A DNA stretch of 50,650 nt, the filler included, from Streblomastix strix (lineage: Eukaryota): NCBI GenBank assembly GCA_008636045.1. It is 2 parts of 2 records of this genome, joined end to end, with 100 filler letters (N's around TTAATTAATTAA, not from the genome) between each part and the next. Parts side by side here need not be neighbours in the genome. Positions count along the whole stretch, not along the records: positions 25,394 to 50,650 come from SNRW01000204.1; 1 more part is not named here. The stretch is one strand, 5' to 3'. Under the pieces are notes generated by a model. That model did not search any database. It saw only the letters and a program-made list of their open reading frames with translations, and was not told the DNA's origin. Within the stretch, counting starts at the first letter, position 1. Each line of letters opens with the position of its first letter. A program made the translations under genes and the position numbers. Shown here piece after piece: positions 47,285 through 50,650 of the stretch.

Positions 47285-50200
47285 TCATTTGCTACTGTTC
47301 AACCTCATTAACGCTATGATTCTTTTCAATTTCATTTTGTATCTCTTTTCTTCGACAATAAATTTTATTTTAGAAAATGCCCTTTCACAAGATGCTTCGC
47401 TTGCTGGTGTGGCGATGAATCTTTCTGCTAAATCAGCAAGAATTTTTGAAGTTTCGCAATTTTTGGATTCGTAATCTCCCCAGAATTCTTTGTTTCCGGT
47501 TAGCATAGAAATCCCATGATCAATATCATGTATTCTTTTTGAACGCCAAATGCAGTTCACTTCCTCTACAATTTTATCTTTCCAGTTTAATTCTTATTCA
47601 GAATCTAAGCGTGAAATTTGACTTATCATCTCAATTTCATCATCATAATATTATGTATCATCTAAATCAATTAACCTTTAATTACTGAATCTATCATCTA
47701 ATTAATGAAATTTAATTAATTCCTATTCAAGTTCTTATTATATTTGATATTATATTTCACTTTCAATATCATTTTTTTTCTTTTCTTTAGGTTCTTTAAC
47801 TTTCTCACTTGTATGATCTTCTTCATCATCAGGTATGAATCTCTTCATTTAAATTATATTTTCATTGTCATTCATTTTCTTATTATTTTAATCTTTACTA
47901 TTTCCAATCATGATATCTTTCTATTTCTTATTCTCATTTTCTTTACTACTTCCAATCTTGATTTCTTTATTTTGTTTTTCTTTATTTCTTTCAGTCTTGA
48001 TGTCTTTGTTTTCTTTTTCATTACTTCTTGCATTATTGATATCATTATTTTATTTTTCTTTACTTCTTCTAATTTTGATATCTTTCTGTTCCCTATTCTC
48101 CATTTTATTACTACATCCAAGCCTGATATCTTTGGATTCTTTTTTAATATTAATTTCAATCTTAATATCTTTGTTTTCTAAGTCTTAATGTTTACTTTTC
48201 TTTTTTTTCCTTTTTCCTTTTTTGGTAGGTCTTTCATCATTGCTCTTTCTTTATTTTACTTTTTTACTTTGTTTTGATAGATATCTTCAATTAACATATA
48301 TAATCTTTCACTACATATTTATTTCCAACCAGTTTCTGTAATTATATTAACTATCTCTTTAACATTCATTTAATTTTTTATAAATATTGATTTATCAACA
48401 GATGAAGATGAAGAAGAATAAGATGATTAATCATTTGATGAGGATTCAATTGATGATGATGATGATGATGATGATGTTTATTTGATATTTAAAGAATCAA
48501 CAGATGATGATGATGATGATGTTTATTTGATATTTAAAGAATCAACAGATGAAGATGAAGATATTGAATAGAATTTATGATTTCTTGCAGCTGCTCTTTC
48601 ACTGCATTCTTTTTAATATATCTTACTCATATCAACTTTTTCTTCTAGGGATATAATCAACTTCATCTTCCATCCTTTTACTCTCAATAGAATCATTTTC
48701 ATCTCCTGATATATCACTGTCACTATCATTTGAATCTAATTACTCTTCTGAATCTGATCGCTCTGATGTAATACTTTCATCATAACTTGAATTTTAATCA
48801 GACTCAATATCAATTTATATTTTTTGTTGACCATTTTAAGAATTTTTTTCACTTTCTTAATCTAAATATTTTATCATTTAATTGATTGTTTTATCATTTG
48901 ATAATTTATCTGCGTTCAGATTTAAAACTGTTTTTCATTTTCCAAATGATTTTGTTTTTTTATTTAATGGGGTTAAATTTTTGTATTGTCTATTTTATTT
49001 CTTTAAATTTCTTCTTTCTTAACAAATTTTTATCTTGAATTGGTAAAATTATTTTATTGAACTTAATTTTTTTCTATACTTTGCCAACAATTTATCATCA
49101 TTTCAAACTATTCTACAATCTGAGGTTCACATAATGAGAATTTTGTTAGATTTCCTTTTGCCTTTGCCTTTTATCCACATGTTGACATTGAATATGCCAG
49201 AGCAGCAAGTGCACTATTGTCACAATCAATAGTCATGAAGTACAATTCAGTGCAAATTGAATTTACAATCTATATGAATTTTTCACTCATTAAATTTCTT
49301 GTTATTATAGACTAATAAACTTTAAATGCTTTAATAAGATTTGGGAATACATTCATTATTGTGCAAGAATTCTACTCAAATGTATTAATCAACGTCAGAA
49401 GAGGTCGTAAAATGATATTTATAATCGGAATTTCTTCTGTAATTTATTAAAATTATTTTTTTTATGCTGTTATTTCCTTAATTGCTTAGATATGGTCGTC
49501 CATCCATTGCAGTTGTATTGCAGAGCAGCACCAACGAGTTTTTACTCCTCTTGGACAAATTCCATTTATCTTTTTCCATTGTCTAGATTATTTTCTTAAA
49601 AATGTAGCTAATTCACAAATCTCATCCAACTTTTTATGTAATAATGTTTTCTTCATAGCAGCATGTTGCAAAACTAATTAGATTGAATGACACATGCAAT
49701 AAAAACGAAACGGAAGTACACTATCTTCATCCTTTAGTAAGTACCCAAGTTTGTCCTCATTTGTCATATCATCAATTTATAATGCTGCAACTTGACATGG
49801 AAGACCATCTGAAACAGCACTTACAAGATCAAGCATCATTCCTTTCAATTCTTTTTAAACAGATGAGATAAATTTAGCATATTATTTTTGAGTTGAGATG
49901 TTTTCGGAAAACTTGTAAGGAAATATATCTCCGTCTTCATTGCGCAGAGTGCAGCATACAATCTTATATAATCCAATTATACCTCCATCAATTGATATAC
50001 TAACTTTTTAACCTTTATTTTCTGATAGATATTATTTCATGAGATTATCAGAACAATCTTCAATTGTTTCAGCAAGTTACTTTCAATCAGAAATTGTATG
50101 AATATATTCTGGAATGCAATCCTTGTGATTAAGAACTACTTTAACTGCTTGAATAATCAATTTTTTAAGAAAATCATAATTCATTAGTGTAGTATTTGTG

Positions 50201-50520
50201 TCTGCAAAGTATTGGCAAATGTTTTTCTCAAATTCCTTTATATCTTATGCATTTTTCATATCTGATTTTTTAAATTTAAGTTGTTTATGAATTGAGAAAT
50301 CATGAATATGAAGTAATTTTTCAGAATTCAATGTCTAGAATGAACAATGTAATTCTCCTTTTGTTTCAAGGCATTAATAGGTGCGATGAGAATGTAGTTT
50401 TTTCCCAGAGCTGTCACATTCCCTATATGTTTGAAAACATATAGTTTCGTTTCCATTTTATTCCTCCTTAAGCTTAGACAGCAACATGTGTACATTTGAT
50501 AGATATGGATGATCAAAAAT
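47285..50520 (-). pseudogene. hAT-family transposase with long low-complexity insertion; frameshifts and TGAs
   Basis: VSISIDGG (D1), VSDGLPCQ (D2), CMCH, KTRW, and dimerisation domain EFWG...LADLAERFIATPASEASCERAFSKIKFIV. Confidence 0.88.
48451..48553. repeat. (GAT)n microsatellite within a 45-bp tandem duplication
   Basis: (GAT)n-GTTTATTTGATATTTAAAGAATCAACA occurs twice (GTTT at 48476 and 48521); encodes SSSSSVDSLNIKQT on the minus strand. Confidence 0.85.
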
Positions 50521-50581
50521 GTTCTTCATCTTTCTTTTAATTTATTTTAATTAGATTTCTGGTTATTTGCTTTTATTCTCT

Positions 50582-50650
50582 TGAAATAATATCTATCAGA
50601 AAATAAAGGTTAAAAAGTTAATATATCAATTGATGGTGGTATAATTGGAT
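50582..50650 (+). repeat. Inverted copy of hAT transposase segment 49971-50039 at the window end
   Basis: 69 bp with 2 mismatches to the reverse complement of 49971-50039. Confidence 0.9.

Noticed and set aside
47744..48188. Hydrophobic Phe/Ile-rich plus-strand ORFs resembling membrane proteins
   Set aside because: Antisense of the Lys/Glu-rich low-complexity insert of the hAT transposase.
1..50650. Bacterial or prophage origin suggested by fibre, Fic, HNH and KilA-N genes
   Set aside because: Code-6 usage, spliceosomal introns and eukaryotic transposons (DIRS, Tc1, pogo, hAT) indicate a protist nuclear genome; no tRNA or rRNA genes were recognised.

Overview
AT-rich eukaryotic (protist) DNA read with TAA/TAG = Gln and TGA as the only stop (translation table 6), so the supplied standard-code ORF track mostly shows fragments or shadows. 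The code, the ~47-96-nt GT-AG introns and an ARM-like/coiled-coil/SPRY-like gene suggest an oxymonad such as Streblomastix (inference). The window is two ~25-kb contigs joined by an artificial N44-TTAATTAATTAA-N44 linker (25294-25393). Contig 1 is almost entirely endogenous Polinton/Maverick-like virus sequence: a pPolB fragment, an AEP primase-SF3 helicase gene bracketed by a thrice-repeated 46-bp motif, a Fic gene, a structural module (phage-fibre-like protein, second fibre/RBP-like protein, amphipathic small protein, major capsid, penton), KilA-N, a nearly intact ~1520-codon pPolB (putative cysteine protease and HNH-like insert), an HNH endonuclease with a nuclease-less paralogue, an rve integrase and an AT-hook protein. 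Contig 2 holds a truncated DIRS retrotransposon with its ICR, remains of a second Polinton-like family (pPolB N-half, large penton split by a Tc1 DD34E element), one intact-looking 9-intron host gene, a Prim-Pol/helicase pseudogene, a pogo fragment and two hAT transposase pseudogenes. All protein calls come from manual translation and motif recognition; no database search was run.
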